Source of the DNA: Alphaproteobacteria bacterium
GTDB taxonomy: Bacteria > Pseudomonadota > Alphaproteobacteria > JAJTHO01 > CANGYM01
NCBI GenBank assembly: GCA_044371315.1
Contig: JBILTX010000003.1
Span: 1 to 44,121 of the forward strand
Direction: 5' to 3'
DNA length: 44,121 nt
The notes beneath the pieces were generated by a model that saw only the letters and a program-made list of their open reading frames with translations, was not told the DNA's origin and searched no databases. Made by a program: the position numbers and the translations under genes. Shown piece after piece: positions 20,777 to 30,177 of this stretch; the first letter of the stretch is position 1, and each line of letters opens with the position of its first letter.

Positions 20777-20880
20777 CAGAGCTTTGGATTTTTGCATTCT
20801 CTTGCAGCGAAAGGGAAATCGTGGTCTAAAAAAGAAGTCAGATGTATTCTGAATCCTTCTTTTTAGCTTTTTGGGTTTTC

Positions 20881-21723
20881 ATGCACGCCATTGCTGCCAT
20901 TTCTCTGGTTGATCTTTGGAAAACCTATAAGGGGCAAGAGGTCCTGCGCGGGGTTTCCTTGGTGGCGGATGATCATGATGTGGTCACCATTGTGGGCAGC
21001 AGTGGATCAGGGAAAACCACATTGCTGCGATGTATCAATCTGCTGGAAATTCCCGATGCGGGGGAAATCCGCATCAAAGATGAATTGGTGGAAATCAACC
21101 ATTCACGGGCATTATCCAAACCTGTGCGGGCCAAGCAGGTCCAGCGTCTCCGCCGCATGATTGGTATGGTGTTTCAGCAGTTTAACCTGTGGAGCCATAT
21201 GACCATTTTGGAAAATGTGATTGAAGCCCCGATTCATGTTCTTGGCCTTCCTAAAAAAGAAGCCTTGGAACGCGCCGAGCATTACCTGAACAAAGTGGGA
21301 TTGCTGCGCAAAAAAAACGAATACCCTATTGTTCTTTCCGGCGGGGAAACCCAACGTGCCGCCATTGCCCGTGCATTGGCCATCGAGCCCAAGGTCGTTT
21401 TGCTGGATGAACCCACCTCGGCCTTGGACCCCGAATTGGTGGGGGAAGTTCTGGGGGTGATCCGCGGGATTGTTGAGGAAGGCCGCACCGTGGTCATGGT
21501 CACCCATGAAATGCAGTTTGCCTTTGAGATTTCAACACAGATTCTGTTTTTGCAGCAAGGAAAAATTGCAGAACAAGGCCCCCCCTCCACCATCATGACA
21601 GCCCCTAAAACAGAAGCCTTTCAAAAGTTTCTGATGCGGTTTTCCGGCAGCCGACATTTTATACGAAATGCTCCTGTTGTCAGTGGCACTCCACGGTGGG
21701 ACATGTGGGACCCTGGCCTTTAA
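20881..21723 (+). CDS. Polar amino acid ABC transporter ATP-binding protein (HisP/GlnQ-like)
   Basis: GSSGSGKTT, FQQFNLWSHMT, LSGGETQR, LLDEPTSALDPELVGEVL. Confidence 0.93.
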   Translation: MHAIAAISLVDLWKTYKGQEVLRGVSLVADDHDVVTIVGSSGSGKTTLLRCINLLEIPDAGEIRIKDELVEINHSRALSKPVRAKQVQRLRRMIGMVFQQFNLWSHMTILENVIEAPIHVLGLPKKEALERAEHYLNKVGLLRKKNEYPIVLSGGETQRAAIARALAIEPKVVLLDEPTSALDPELVGEVLGVIRGIVEEGRTVVMVTHEMQFAFEISTQILFLQQGKIAEQGPPSTIMTAPKTEAFQKFLMRFSGSRHFIRNAPVVSGTPRWDMWDPGL

Positions 21724-21760
21724 CACATTCATGCTTTAACCAACAAGGGAAGAAACCATT

Positions 21761-22324
21761 ATGACAGAATCCCCCATCGTCATTAAAAAATACGCCAACC
21801 GCCGTTTATACAATACAGAAGAAAGTCGGTATATCACCCTGCGGGATTTATCTATTTTGGTAAAACAAGACAAAAGTTTTGTGGTTCAGGACGCCAAAAC
21901 GGGCGAGGATATGACCCGTTCTGTGCTGGCGCAATTGATTTTGGATTTGGATGTCACCAACGAAGCCCCCCTGCTGCCTGTGGATTTTCTGCGGCATCTG
22001 GTGCGGTTTTATGATGATCGGCTTCGCTCCTTCATTCCATCCTATTTGGATATGGCCATGACGGTGTTTTCCGAAAACCAAGAGCGCATGAACAATTATG
22101 TACATCAGGCCCTGACCCCGCTGGATGATATGCGCCGGTGGTATCGGGGATGGTTTCAGCAATCGTTTTCCTTTTTTCAGCCCTTTCCATTTTTAGGGCG
22201 CAATCCTTTTGCCCCTTCACCCTCTGAACTCACAGGGGAGGCCGCCCAAATCCAAGCCTTGCAAACGGAAATCGAACGCCTTAAACAGGAACTCCTTTCC
22301 TTGAAAGAGCCTAAAACACGCTAG
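21761..22324 (+). CDS. phaR: Polyhydroxyalkanoate synthesis repressor PhaR
   Basis: IKKYANRRLYNTEESRYITL...DAKTGEDMTRSVLAQ. Confidence 0.93.
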   Translation: MTESPIVIKKYANRRLYNTEESRYITLRDLSILVKQDKSFVVQDAKTGEDMTRSVLAQLILDLDVTNEAPLLPVDFLRHLVRFYDDRLRSFIPSYLDMAMTVFSENQERMNNYVHQALTPLDDMRRWYRGWFQQSFSFFQPFPFLGRNPFAPSPSELTGEAAQIQALQTEIERLKQELLSLKEPKTR

Positions 22325-22359
22325 AAAAAACGTCTAATAAAAACCAAAGGATTTTGCTG

Positions 22360-22842
22360 ATGTCTTCTTCTTTCCCTGTTGTTGGTCAGCCAGCCCCTAT
22401 ATTTTCTGTCACTGATGAAACGGGAAAGCCTGTTTCTCTGTCAGATTTTTTGGGTTCGTACGTGGTTTTGTATTTTTATCCCAAAGACGATACCCCCGGA
22501 TGCACCAAAGAGGCCTGTAGCTTTCGCGACCACCTAGAAACCTTAGCCGCCCAAGGCATTGTCGTTTTGGGGGCCAGTCGGGATGATGCGGCCCAGCACA
22601 AAAAATTCATTCAAAAATACAGTCTGAATTTTCCCTTGTTGGTGGATACGGATGGGGCTTTGTGCGCCGCTTACGGCACATGGGGAGAAAAGAGCATGTA
22701 CGGAAAAACCTATATGGGCGTTTCCCGAACAACGTTTATTATTGATCCCAAGGGAACCTTGATTCACATCATCACCAAAGTGTCGGTTGAAACCCACGCC
22801 AAGGATGTGGAAGCCATCATCAAAGCCCACCGAGAGGGTTAA
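22360..22842 (+). CDS. bcp: Peroxiredoxin Bcp/PrxQ
   Basis: LYFYPKDDTPGCTKEACSFRD, EKSMYGK, RTTFIID. Confidence 0.95.
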   Translation: MSSSFPVVGQPAPIFSVTDETGKPVSLSDFLGSYVVLYFYPKDDTPGCTKEACSFRDHLETLAAQGIVVLGASRDDAAQHKKFIQKYSLNFPLLVDTDGALCAAYGTWGEKSMYGKTYMGVSRTTFIIDPKGTLIHIITKVSVETHAKDVEAIIKAHREG

Positions 22843-22855
22843 TCCAAACTTTAAC

Positions 22856-23536
22856 ATGAGCGAATCCTCCTTTACCCTTTATTATCATTGGCTATCGCCA
22901 GCCTGCCGCTTTGTCATGGCGGTGATGGCGGAATATGGGATTCCCTATCAAAAGGTTTTAGAGAAAACGTGGGAACGTCGCAAAAAATTCTATCAAATCA
23001 ACCCTGCCGGCACGGTTCCCGTTTTGGTTTCGCCCAAGGGGGATGTGTTTGTGGAATGGTACGCCATTATTGAGGCTTTGCATGACACCCCGCAAGTGGG
23101 ATCTCTCCTGCCCCTATCGGTGCGGGACAAGGCCGAGGTGCGCCGTCTGATTTTTTGGTTTATGACCTCATGCGACCGTGAAGTCACGGATTATCTGTTG
23201 CAGGAAAAGGTGTTTAAACGTTTTCTTCGTGACAACACCCCCAATGCCTCAGCCCTGCGGGCAGGTTTGACCAATTTGCGCACCCATTTGGGGTATATTG
23301 ATTTTCTGATGGAACGACGTCACTGGCTGGCGGGGGATCAACTGAGCTTGGCGGATTTTGCGGCGGGTGCCCATCTATCGTGTATCGATTATCTGGGTCA
23401 TGTGCCTTGGCAGGATTTTAACGATGCCAAAGACTGGTACACCCGCCTGAAATCCCGCCCCAGTTTTCGGTGTGTTTTAGAGGATGTGGTGCCCAGTGTC
23501 CCCCCTGTGCCCTCATTTGCAGCTTTGGATTTTTAA
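22856..23536 (+). CDS. fzlA: GST-family FtsZ-binding protein FzlA
   Basis: WERR...INPAGTVPVL, WLAGDQLSLADFAAGAHLSCIDYLG, WYTRLKSRPSFR, C-terminal LDF. Confidence 0.8.
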   Translation: MSESSFTLYYHWLSPACRFVMAVMAEYGIPYQKVLEKTWERRKKFYQINPAGTVPVLVSPKGDVFVEWYAIIEALHDTPQVGSLLPLSVRDKAEVRRLIFWFMTSCDREVTDYLLQEKVFKRFLRDNTPNASALRAGLTNLRTHLGYIDFLMERRHWLAGDQLSLADFAAGAHLSCIDYLGHVPWQDFNDAKDWYTRLKSRPSFRCVLEDVVPSVPPVPSFAALDF

Positions 23537-23545
23537 GGGGATTCT

Positions 23546-24301
23546 TTGTCTTTGAATGAATCTTTGCTTAATGCCTTCCCTACCCTTTCCCCCGGCCATG
23601 TCTGGTTGGTGGGGGCGGGTCCTGGGGATGTGGGTTTGTTGACGTTGCATGCCCTCAGTGCCCTAAAGCAGGCCGATGTGGTTTATTATGACGCTTTGAT
23701 CCCTCAGGATATTTTAACGTTAACCCCTGCCACCTTGATTTATGCCGGAAAGAAAGCAGGGGAATCCTGCCGTCAGGATCGCATCACGCAGGATCTGATT
23801 GATGCGGCCCGCGCCGGCCACCGTGTGGTGCGCCTGAAAGGGGGCGACCCCTTGGTGTTTGGGCGGGGGGGGGAAGAAATGCAGGCCCTGCATGCCGCAG
23901 GCATCCCTTGCCGCATCATCCCAGGCGTAACGGCCGCCCAAGGGGCCGCCGCCTGCAGCCAAATTCCCCTGACGCACCGCGATCATAACAGTGCGGTAAC
24001 GTTTCTTTCTGGCCATCAGGCGGAAACCCTTTACGGCGAAGCTTGGCATGATATTGGCCTGCGTTCCCCCCTGCTGGTATTATATATGGGATTAAAAAAT
24101 TTTGATAAAATTCGTCTTCGCCTGCTGGAGATTGGCCGCTGCCCCACCCAGCCCGTGGCCTTTATCAGCGCCGCCACCACGCCCCAACAAAAAACAGTTT
24201 TTACAACCTTGGGGGAGAGTTTAACGGTTTGGCCCAGCCTATCGGGCCCCGCCATCATTATGATCGGGCACGGAGTGGGGCAGGGCCTGTCCCCTGAATA
24301 A
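23546..24301 (+). CDS. cobA: Uroporphyrinogen-III C-methyltransferase
   Basis: VWLVGAGPGD, RLKGGDPLVFGRGGEE, IPLTHR. Confidence 0.93.
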   Translation: MSLNESLLNAFPTLSPGHVWLVGAGPGDVGLLTLHALSALKQADVVYYDALIPQDILTLTPATLIYAGKKAGESCRQDRITQDLIDAARAGHRVVRLKGGDPLVFGRGGEEMQALHAAGIPCRIIPGVTAAQGAAACSQIPLTHRDHNSAVTFLSGHQAETLYGEAWHDIGLRSPLLVLYMGLKNFDKIRLRLLEIGRCPTQPVAFISAATTPQQKTVFTTLGESLTVWPSLSGPAIIMIGHGVGQGLSPE

Positions 24302-24321
24302 CGCTGCCAGTTTTATTTTCT

Positions 24322-24948
24322 TTACCCCAGAAAAGATGCGATGACCCTGCGTCCATCCGTCCCTGTCCCTAGATCAGGATCCACCGCTCGCTCAGGATGG
24401 GGCATCAGGCCCAAAACGGTTTTGGTTTCGTTAAAAACCCCAGCAATATCATCAACGGAACCGTTGGGATTATCGGTATAGCGATAGGCAATGCCGTCTT
24501 GATCCTGCAAACGGGCCAAATCTGAGGGATCCAAAAGATAGCATCCATCGTGATGGGCAATGGGCATGGACAATGTTTGCTTGTCTTTCGCATCCTGCAG
24601 CATCACAGTGCGGTGAATAAATTTCAAACCTTGGTTGCGCCGCAGGGCCCCTGGCAACAGGTGGGCCTCTGTTAAAATTTGAAAACCGTTACAAACCCCC
24701 AAAACCTTGCGGCCTTGGTGGATATGGCGGCGAATTTCCGGCATAATCGCCGCATGGGCAGCCATGGTGCCACAGCGCAAATAATCCCCATAGCTGAATC
24801 CCCCAGGCAAGGCCACCAAATCCACAGAGGGCAAAGAAGTATCTTGGTGCCAGATCATGAGGGGGGCCACCCCCGTGATGGTTTTCAGAGCCACGGCCAT
24901 ATCCCGATCACAATTGGACCCAGGAAAAACAATAACCGCACTACGCAT
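24322..24948 (-). CDS. purQ: Phosphoribosylformylglycinamidine synthase subunit PurQ
   Basis: VFPGSNCDRD, PGGFSYGDYLR, GVCNGFQIL, NPNGS, GLMPHPER; start ATG 24948 overlaps the nuoC stop. Confidence 0.96.
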   Translation of the reverse strand: MRSAVIVFPGSNCDRDMAVALKTITGVAPLMIWHQDTSLPSVDLVALPGGFSYGDYLRCGTMAAHAAIMPEIRRHIHQGRKVLGVCNGFQILTEAHLLPGALRRNQGLKFIHRTVMLQDAKDKQTLSMPIAHHDGCYLLDPSDLARLQDQDGIAYRYTDNPNGSVDDIAGVFNETKTVLGLMPHPERAVDPDLGTGTDGRRVIASFLG

Positions 24949-25579
24949 GGGAAGATTTCTCGTTGGGGGTAGCTTTTTCATCCCCTGGTAAGACAGAACG
25001 AATCCCCTCCCAAGGGCTTTCAAAATCAAAAGTTCGGAAGGCTTGGTTGAGGTGTACAGGCTCGTACACCACCCCTTGACGGTCGGGATCATAGCGCACT
25101 TCCACGTAACCGGTTAACGGGAAATCCTTGCGCAGGGGGTGCCCCTCAAAACCATAATCCGTTAAAATGCGACGCAAATCAGGGTGATCCGCAAAGCGGA
25201 TGCCCAGCATGTCCCACGCCTCTCTTTCCCACCAATTGGCCACCGGAAATAGGGGGATCAAGGTAGGCACGAGCAAGCCTTCTTTCACCGCCACCTTAAG
25301 GCAGACCCGCATATTATGACGCAAAGACAAAAACTGATACACAACATCAAAACGACTGTCTCGGGCTGGATAATCCACGCCGGCAATATCCATCAACTGA
25401 TGACAAAGGATGGCGGGATCGTCGCGCAAAAAACGGGCAACATCCACGAGGTTGCGTGTATCAGTGCGCAGCGTCAGGGTGCCAAAGCGCGTGGATTCCA
25501 CGGACACCAAACCAGAAAAACGGCTTTGGACCGCTTGAGCCATAGCGTCCACAAGATCTGAGGAGGGGGTATAAATCAT
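24941..25579 (-). CDS. nuoC: NADH-quinone oxidoreductase subunit C
   Basis: WWEREAWDMLGI..HPDLRRILTDYGFEGHPLRKDFPLTG. Confidence 0.97.
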   Translation of the reverse strand: MIYTPSSDLVDAMAQAVQSRFSGLVSVESTRFGTLTLRTDTRNLVDVARFLRDDPAILCHQLMDIAGVDYPARDSRFDVVYQFLSLRHNMRVCLKVAVKEGLLVPTLIPLFPVANWWEREAWDMLGIRFADHPDLRRILTDYGFEGHPLRKDFPLTGYVEVRYDPDRQGVVYEPVHLNQAFRTFDFESPWEGIRSVLPGDEKATPNEKSSHA

Positions 25580-25683
25580 GATCGGCGCAACGTCTTTTTT
25601 ATGCTACGCAACATGTCCTATCATGCCTCAAAGGCATTGGCAATCTCAGATGTTGACGGGACTAAACACATAACCAACCCAAA

Positions 25684-25775
25684 CACAAACAAAACCCCCG
25701 TTATGACCCCATACCCTCGGGATCTGACCCCGAACACCGATGACACATCCCAAACACCTCCACCACCGAGGCGCG
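25684..25775 (-). repeat. Copy of the zur 3' end (43 bp identical) plus the tail shared with the 17083 remnant
   Basis: 25733-25775 = 27154-27196 = 17131-17173; 25684-25732 closely matches 17083-17130. Confidence 0.92.
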
Positions 25776-25808
25776 GGGGTAGAGAACACCAAAACCCACA
25801 GCTATGGC

Positions 25809-27041
25809 TCAGGCGGCTTGGCTCTCTCTGCGCCAAACAGGGAAAGGATCCGGCAATTTTGACCATTGTGTTATATTAAGGGTCTTTGCCTGATCATCCC
25901 CCACCAGACAGGCATCCAGTTCGCGGCGAATCCATGCTTGGTCGTAATCAATGCCTATGAACACCAACTCTTGACGGCGATCCGCATAGACAGGATGCCA
26001 ATTTTTTTTCAAATGTTTGTGCCATTCCTTGTCTTGTGGCCACCGTTCTTTGGGTATATTTGTCCACCAAATACCCATGGCTTCTGTTTGCACCACAGCA
26101 CCTGCCTGATGAAGGTCCCCCACCCATTCAGGGCGGCTCGCCAACCAGAAAAATCCCTTGGCACGAAGGATCCCCGGCCATGGTTTTTGGGTAAAGGCAT
26201 GAAACTTAGCGGGATGAAAGGGGCGACGCGCTCGATAAACAAAGCTTTTGATACCGTATTCCTCTGTTTCTGGTTTGTGGTCCCTAAAGCTATAAAGTTC
26301 TTGTGACCACAGGGGATAGGTTTCGGCCTCCCCTTCTTTGAACAGCCCTGTGTTTAAAATGGCCGACAGGGGAATGTTCCCGCGCTCTGCTTCGATAATG
26401 CGGGCAACGGGGTTAAGGGCTTTGATGACCTTATACACCGTGGCTTTGGTTGCGGCATCCACCAGATCAATTTTGTTCAGCACAATCACGTTGGCAAACT
26501 CAATTTGTTCCACCAATAGGTTCACCAGCGGGCGAACATCATCGTCTCCCAGAGATTCCCCGCGATCTTTCAGGAAATCCTGACTGGAATAGTCTTTGAG
26601 CAGGCTGGCAGCATCCACCACCGTAACCATGGTATCCAGCCGCGCCACATCCGATAGGCTGTTGTCATTTTCATCCCGAAAACTGAACGTGGCCGCCACA
26701 GGCATAGGCTCTGAAATGCCGGTGGATTCTATCACCAAATAATCATAGTGGCCTGATTCTGCCAAGGCCCGAACTTCTTGCAGCAAATCCTCTCGCAAGG
26801 TGCAGCAAATGCAACCATTGGACATTTCCACCAGATTTTCTTGTGTATGGGAAACCCCCGTATGATCCCCTGCCACCAATGCGGCATCAATATTCACCTC
26901 ACTCATATCATTCACAATCACCGCCACTTTACGCCCTTCCCGATTATTCAAGATATGATTCAGCAACGTGGTTTTTCCGGCACCCAAAAAACCAGAAAGA
27001 ACCGTAACGGGAAGCAACTTTGATTTTGATATCAATGACAT
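25809..27041 (-). CDS. COG0523 zinc metallochaperone GTPase (ZigA/YciC/CobW family)
   Basis: [21 protein letters not shown] (CxCC), [12 protein letters not shown], CobW-C domain RAKGFFW; Zur box upstream. Confidence 0.93.
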   Translation of the reverse strand: MSLISKSKLLPVTVLSGFLGAGKTTLLNHILNNREGRKVAVIVNDMSEVNIDAALVAGDHTGVSHTQENLVEMSNGCICCTLREDLLQEVRALAESGHYDYLVIESTGISEPMPVAATFSFRDENDNSLSDVARLDTMVTVVDAASLLKDYSSQDFLKDRGESLGDDDVRPLVNLLVEQIEFANVIVLNKIDLVDAATKATVYKVIKALNPVARIIEAERGNIPLSAILNTGLFKEGEAETYPLWSQELYSFRDHKPETEEYGIKSFVYRARRPFHPAKFHAFTQKPWPGILRAKGFFWLASRPEWVGDLHQAGAVVQTEAMGIWWTNIPKERWPQDKEWHKHLKKNWHPVYADRRQELVFIGIDYDQAWIRRELDACLVGDDQAKTLNITQWSKLPDPFPVWRRESQAA

Positions 27042-27081
27042 GGCTTGACCTTTTTGATAGACTAGGGATGTTATTATGTTA

Positions 27082-27096
27082 TGTTATAATATAACA
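27082..27096. promoter_or_regulatory. Zur box overlapping the -10 of the COG0523 promoter
   Basis: Perfect TGTTATA-A-TATAACA palindrome; TTGACA at 27105-27110 on the minus strand; extra TGTTAT half-sites at 27069-27082. Confidence 0.88.
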
Positions 27097-27136
27097 ATAT
27101 AGCCTGTCAACTCAAACAAAGCCAAGATCCCCACCA

Positions 27137-27571
27137 TCACCCTTTGGGTTTTAAACACCGATGACACATCCCAAACACCTCCACCACCGAGGCGCGAGGC
27201 TGAAAACCAAAGTCTTTGGCCTTGGCAGGAATCAGGGCAGACAGTTCCCCATCACAAAATTCCCGCGCATCCCCGCAGGCATCGCAGATAAGGAACTGGC
27301 ACGCCTTATGCCTGCCAGGGTGGTGACACGGAACATAGGCATTCAGCGCATGGATTTTATGCACCAGCCCCTGTTGTTCCAGAAAATCAATGGCGCGGTA
27401 CACTGTGGGGGGCTTGGGGGAGCCAATGCCCTTTTGCCGCAGCACCTCGATCATGTCATAGGCCTTGGCCGGCGCATGATGGTCCCACAGATACTCCAGC
27501 AGCACCGTGCGGATCGGTGTCATCTCCAAGGTATGCGTGCTACAATAGTGTGTTATGGCAGCGGGAATCAT
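27137..27571 (-). CDS. zur: Zinc uptake regulator Zur (Fur family)
   Basis: AKAYDMI, PPTVYRAIDFL, HKIHALNAYVPC, CDACG and CHRC zinc sites. Confidence 0.92.
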   Translation of the reverse strand: MIPAAITHYCSTHTLEMTPIRTVLLEYLWDHHAPAKAYDMIEVLRQKGIGSPKPPTVYRAIDFLEQQGLVHKIHALNAYVPCHHPGRHKACQFLICDACGDAREFCDGELSALIPAKAKDFGFQPRASVVEVFGMCHRCLKPKG

Positions 27572-28608
27572 GGTGCTTTCCTTTGCATCAGAGGATGTTG
27601 CGGCGGCGTGGATGCCCCGTTTTGTGGCCAGCTGGCCACCAGAAACAATCCGGCAATGACGAGAATAAGGCCGCCTGCCAGCACGCCCAACAAGGCATGA
27701 ACACCACGCAGCAGGTTTTCAGAGGCACCAAACGCCTTCAATAAGCCTTTTTTGGACTGCACAGCCAAAACAGCCAGTGTGGCGGTGGTGATAAACGTTC
27801 CCAACCCCATGGCCAAGGTGGCCAGCACGCCCGCCCAGACTGCCCCCACGATGCAGGCAAAAACCAGCAACAAAATCGCCCCCGTACACGGGCGAATGCC
27901 AATAGAGACAATCATCAAGGCAAGCGAGCGCGTGTCGCGGGTGGCAGCGACGGCGGCAGGATCCATGCCGTGATTGCAACCTTCGTGGTGGTGGTGGTCA
28001 TGCTCCCCTCTAAGGTGCCATGCTTCCCGCACACCGCGTGTCAGCAACATCAATCCAACCAATGCCATAAAGCCGTAGCCTGCCACTTCCAGCCACGCCG
28101 CCGCATTTTCGGTTTGCTGGCGTGCCAGTCCTAAAATCTGATACAGCCCCAGCACCAGCACAATCGCGGTTATGCTTTGCAGCAAAGACGACAGACCAGA
28201 GACAACAATCCCCCGCCGCAGGGTGTGCCTGCCGGCCAGCAGATACCCCGTGACAATCATCTTGCCATGCCCTGGCCCGACGGCATGAAAAATACCATAC
28301 AAAAACCCCACCATCACAATAGACAGAGTGGCTGCCAGCGAATGGGTTTCCGCCACCGTCCGCAACTCTGTACCCAAGGTTTCATGAAACACTTTTTGTT
28401 GCGCCTGCACCCACAAAAGTGCGGCTGCAAAAGACTCTTTCAAAGCAGGCAGGAACACCAGCAAGACTGCTGCCAAGCCAGCCAACACCGCAAACACAAT
28501 CAAGCGGGTCTTGGGCGCGTTCTGCGCGGGATGGGCATAGGGGGTATCCGAGTGGTGATGGCTGCAACCCGCGTGATGATCGTGGTGATGGTGTTCGTGT
28601 TTTATCAT
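27568..28608 (-). CDS. His-rich NiCoT/RcnA-like (ZevB-type) metal transporter
   Basis: YGIFHAVGPGHGK, GIRPCTGA, MGLGT motifs; two His-rich segments. Confidence 0.88.
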   Translation of the reverse strand: MIKHEHHHHDHHAGCSHHHSDTPYAHPAQNAPKTRLIVFAVLAGLAAVLLVFLPALKESFAAALLWVQAQQKVFHETLGTELRTVAETHSLAATLSIVMVGFLYGIFHAVGPGHGKMIVTGYLLAGRHTLRRGIVVSGLSSLLQSITAIVLVLGLYQILGLARQQTENAAAWLEVAGYGFMALVGLMLLTRGVREAWHLRGEHDHHHHEGCNHGMDPAAVAATRDTRSLALMIVSIGIRPCTGAILLLVFACIVGAVWAGVLATLAMGLGTFITTATLAVLAVQSKKGLLKAFGASENLLRGVHALLGVLAGGLILVIAGLFLVASWPQNGASTPPQHPLMQRKAP

Positions 28609-28611
28609 ATC

Positions 28612-29286
28612 CTACTCATGCTTATTTTTATTTAAAGAACAATGCACGTGCACACGTTCTGCAAAGAATCGCCCTAAATCCTCAGGGGCCTTGGCATTTT
28701 TATCCAGCGCCCCTGCCATAGCTATGACGGCAACATCGGGTTTGGGACGCTCTAGGGTTGCGTGACACAAGGGGGTGTTTTTGATGATCACGCCATCTTT
28801 GATGTGTTTCATTTCAATATAATAACTGGGGTCATAAATACGATAGCTGACCTTGTGTTGATAAGGATTGACTGGGTTTTTGAGCAGAAGGGTAAAAGAC
28901 AGGCTGATGCGCTTGCCCTTGAGGTTAGAGGTTACGTCCTTGTAGCCTGAAAACGTCAAGCGGGTTTTGTCCGCGTCCATATACGTGAAATAGCTGTAAT
29001 CTTTAAGATTATTCAGGTTGTCTTTCCCCAGTTCCAACAGTTTATCGGGGTGAATCTTGCCCCCCTTCCCCACCCCAAAATCCTGCAACGCAAATTCCGT
29101 ATAAAATTCATCAAACAGCCACGTTTCCCGCAATCCTGTTATATGTCCTGCGGCATCGGATACAATTTCCGACTGCACATCAATCCAAGCATGAGGATGC
29201 GCCTGCGCAGGCGGTGTCTGAAGCACAATAAACCCACAGACGGCAACAAAAAAAGAGGGTGAAGCGTGCAAAATTTTTCTAGCCAA
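28612..29286 (-). CDS. DUF1007 (ZevA-type) periplasmic metal-binding protein
   Basis: Signal peptide ending AQA-HPHAWID, WLFDEFY, YDPSYY. The start is likely at or below TTG 29286, because the ORF-track extension covers a Zur box. Confidence 0.85.
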   Translation of the reverse strand: MARKILHASPSFFVAVCGFIVLQTPPAQAHPHAWIDVQSEIVSDAAGHITGLRETWLFDEFYTEFALQDFGVGKGGKIHPDKLLELGKDNLNNLKDYSYFTYMDADKTRLTFSGYKDVTSNLKGKRISLSFTLLLKNPVNPYQHKVSYRIYDPSYYIEMKHIKDGVIIKNTPLCHATLERPKPDVAVIAMAGALDKNAKAPEDLGRFFAERVHVHCSLNKNKHE

Positions 29287-29297
29287 GGCTCGGATGG

Positions 29298-29312
29298 TGT
29301 TATAGTATAACA
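29298..29312. promoter_or_regulatory. Zur box in the divergent promoter
   Basis: Perfect TGTTATA-G-TATAACA between the DUF1007 gene and the ABC operon. Confidence 0.9.
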
Positions 29313-29341
29313 TATCGTATTCCTGAGGGGCAATCAAAACC

Positions 29342-29458
29342 ATGAGTCATTTTACACCTAAGCCAACCTTTCTATCACAGTCTGCGGGGGTGCGCTTGCT
29401 TTTTGTGGGGGTGGTCCTGGCGGTGGTGTGGGCCTTGGTGAGCATTGTTGTGCTATGA
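29342..29458 (+). CDS. Small single-pass membrane protein (38 aa) heading the zinc ABC operon; not in ORF track
   Basis: MSHFTPKPTFLSQSAGVRLLFVGVVLAVVWALVSIVVL*; GAGGGG RBS-like sequence upstream; ATGA overlap with the ATPase start. Confidence 0.72.
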   Translation: MSHFTPKPTFLSQSAGVRLLFVGVVLAVVWALVSIVVL

Positions 29459-30177
29459 GTCTTGTGTTTGAAAACCTAACGGCAGGTTACGACAGGCACC
29501 CCGCCGTACATCACCTGTGCGGCACGCTGAGGGACAACAGCCTAACGGCCATTATTGGTCCCAATGGGGGCGGGAAAAGCACGTTGTTAAAGGCGATAAT
29601 GGGCATGATCAAGCCCCTTTCCGGCAGCATTAAGAAAAATGGCACTTGCCGCATCGGCTATTTGCCGCAGGTGGCGGAGATTGACCGCACCTTTCCCATG
29701 TCGGTGTTTGATACGGTTTTGCTGGGATTTTGGCCGGTGTGCGGCATTATGGGCGGGATCAATAAACATCAACGCCATGAAGCCCTGCACGCGCTGGAAA
29801 AAGTGGGGATGGACTCGTTTGCCAGCCGTCCCGTTTCCGCACTCTCCTCAGGGCAGTTTCAGCGCGTGTTGTTTGCGCGCCTGATGGTACAGAATGCTGA
29901 TATTCTGCTGCTCGATGAACCCTTTGCCGCGATTGACAGCCGCACCACCGCTGATTTATTGCAGGTTTTATTAGACTGGCACAAAGCTGGCAAAACCGTG
30001 GTCGCCGTGGTGCATGATTTGCCGCAGGCCCGCGCTACGTTTCCCGAAGCCTTACTCTTGGCGCGGGAATGCATCGCTTGGGGCAACACCACCGATGTCA
30101 TGACCGAGGAAAACCTGCGCAAAGCCGACACGCTGGCGCGGGAATGGCATGATCACGGCGAGGTCTGCGCCGCATGA
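29455..30177 (+). CDS. Zn/Mn ABC transporter ATPase (ZnuC/AztA-like)
   Basis: GPNGGGKST, YLPQ, LSSGQFQR, LLDEPF, VVHD. Confidence 0.93.
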   Translation: MSLVFENLTAGYDRHPAVHHLCGTLRDNSLTAIIGPNGGGKSTLLKAIMGMIKPLSGSIKKNGTCRIGYLPQVAEIDRTFPMSVFDTVLLGFWPVCGIMGGINKHQRHEALHALEKVGMDSFASRPVSALSSGQFQRVLFARLMVQNADILLLDEPFAAIDSRTTADLLQVLLDWHKAGKTVVAVVHDLPQARATFPEALLLARECIAWGNTTDVMTEENLRKADTLAREWHDHGEVCAA

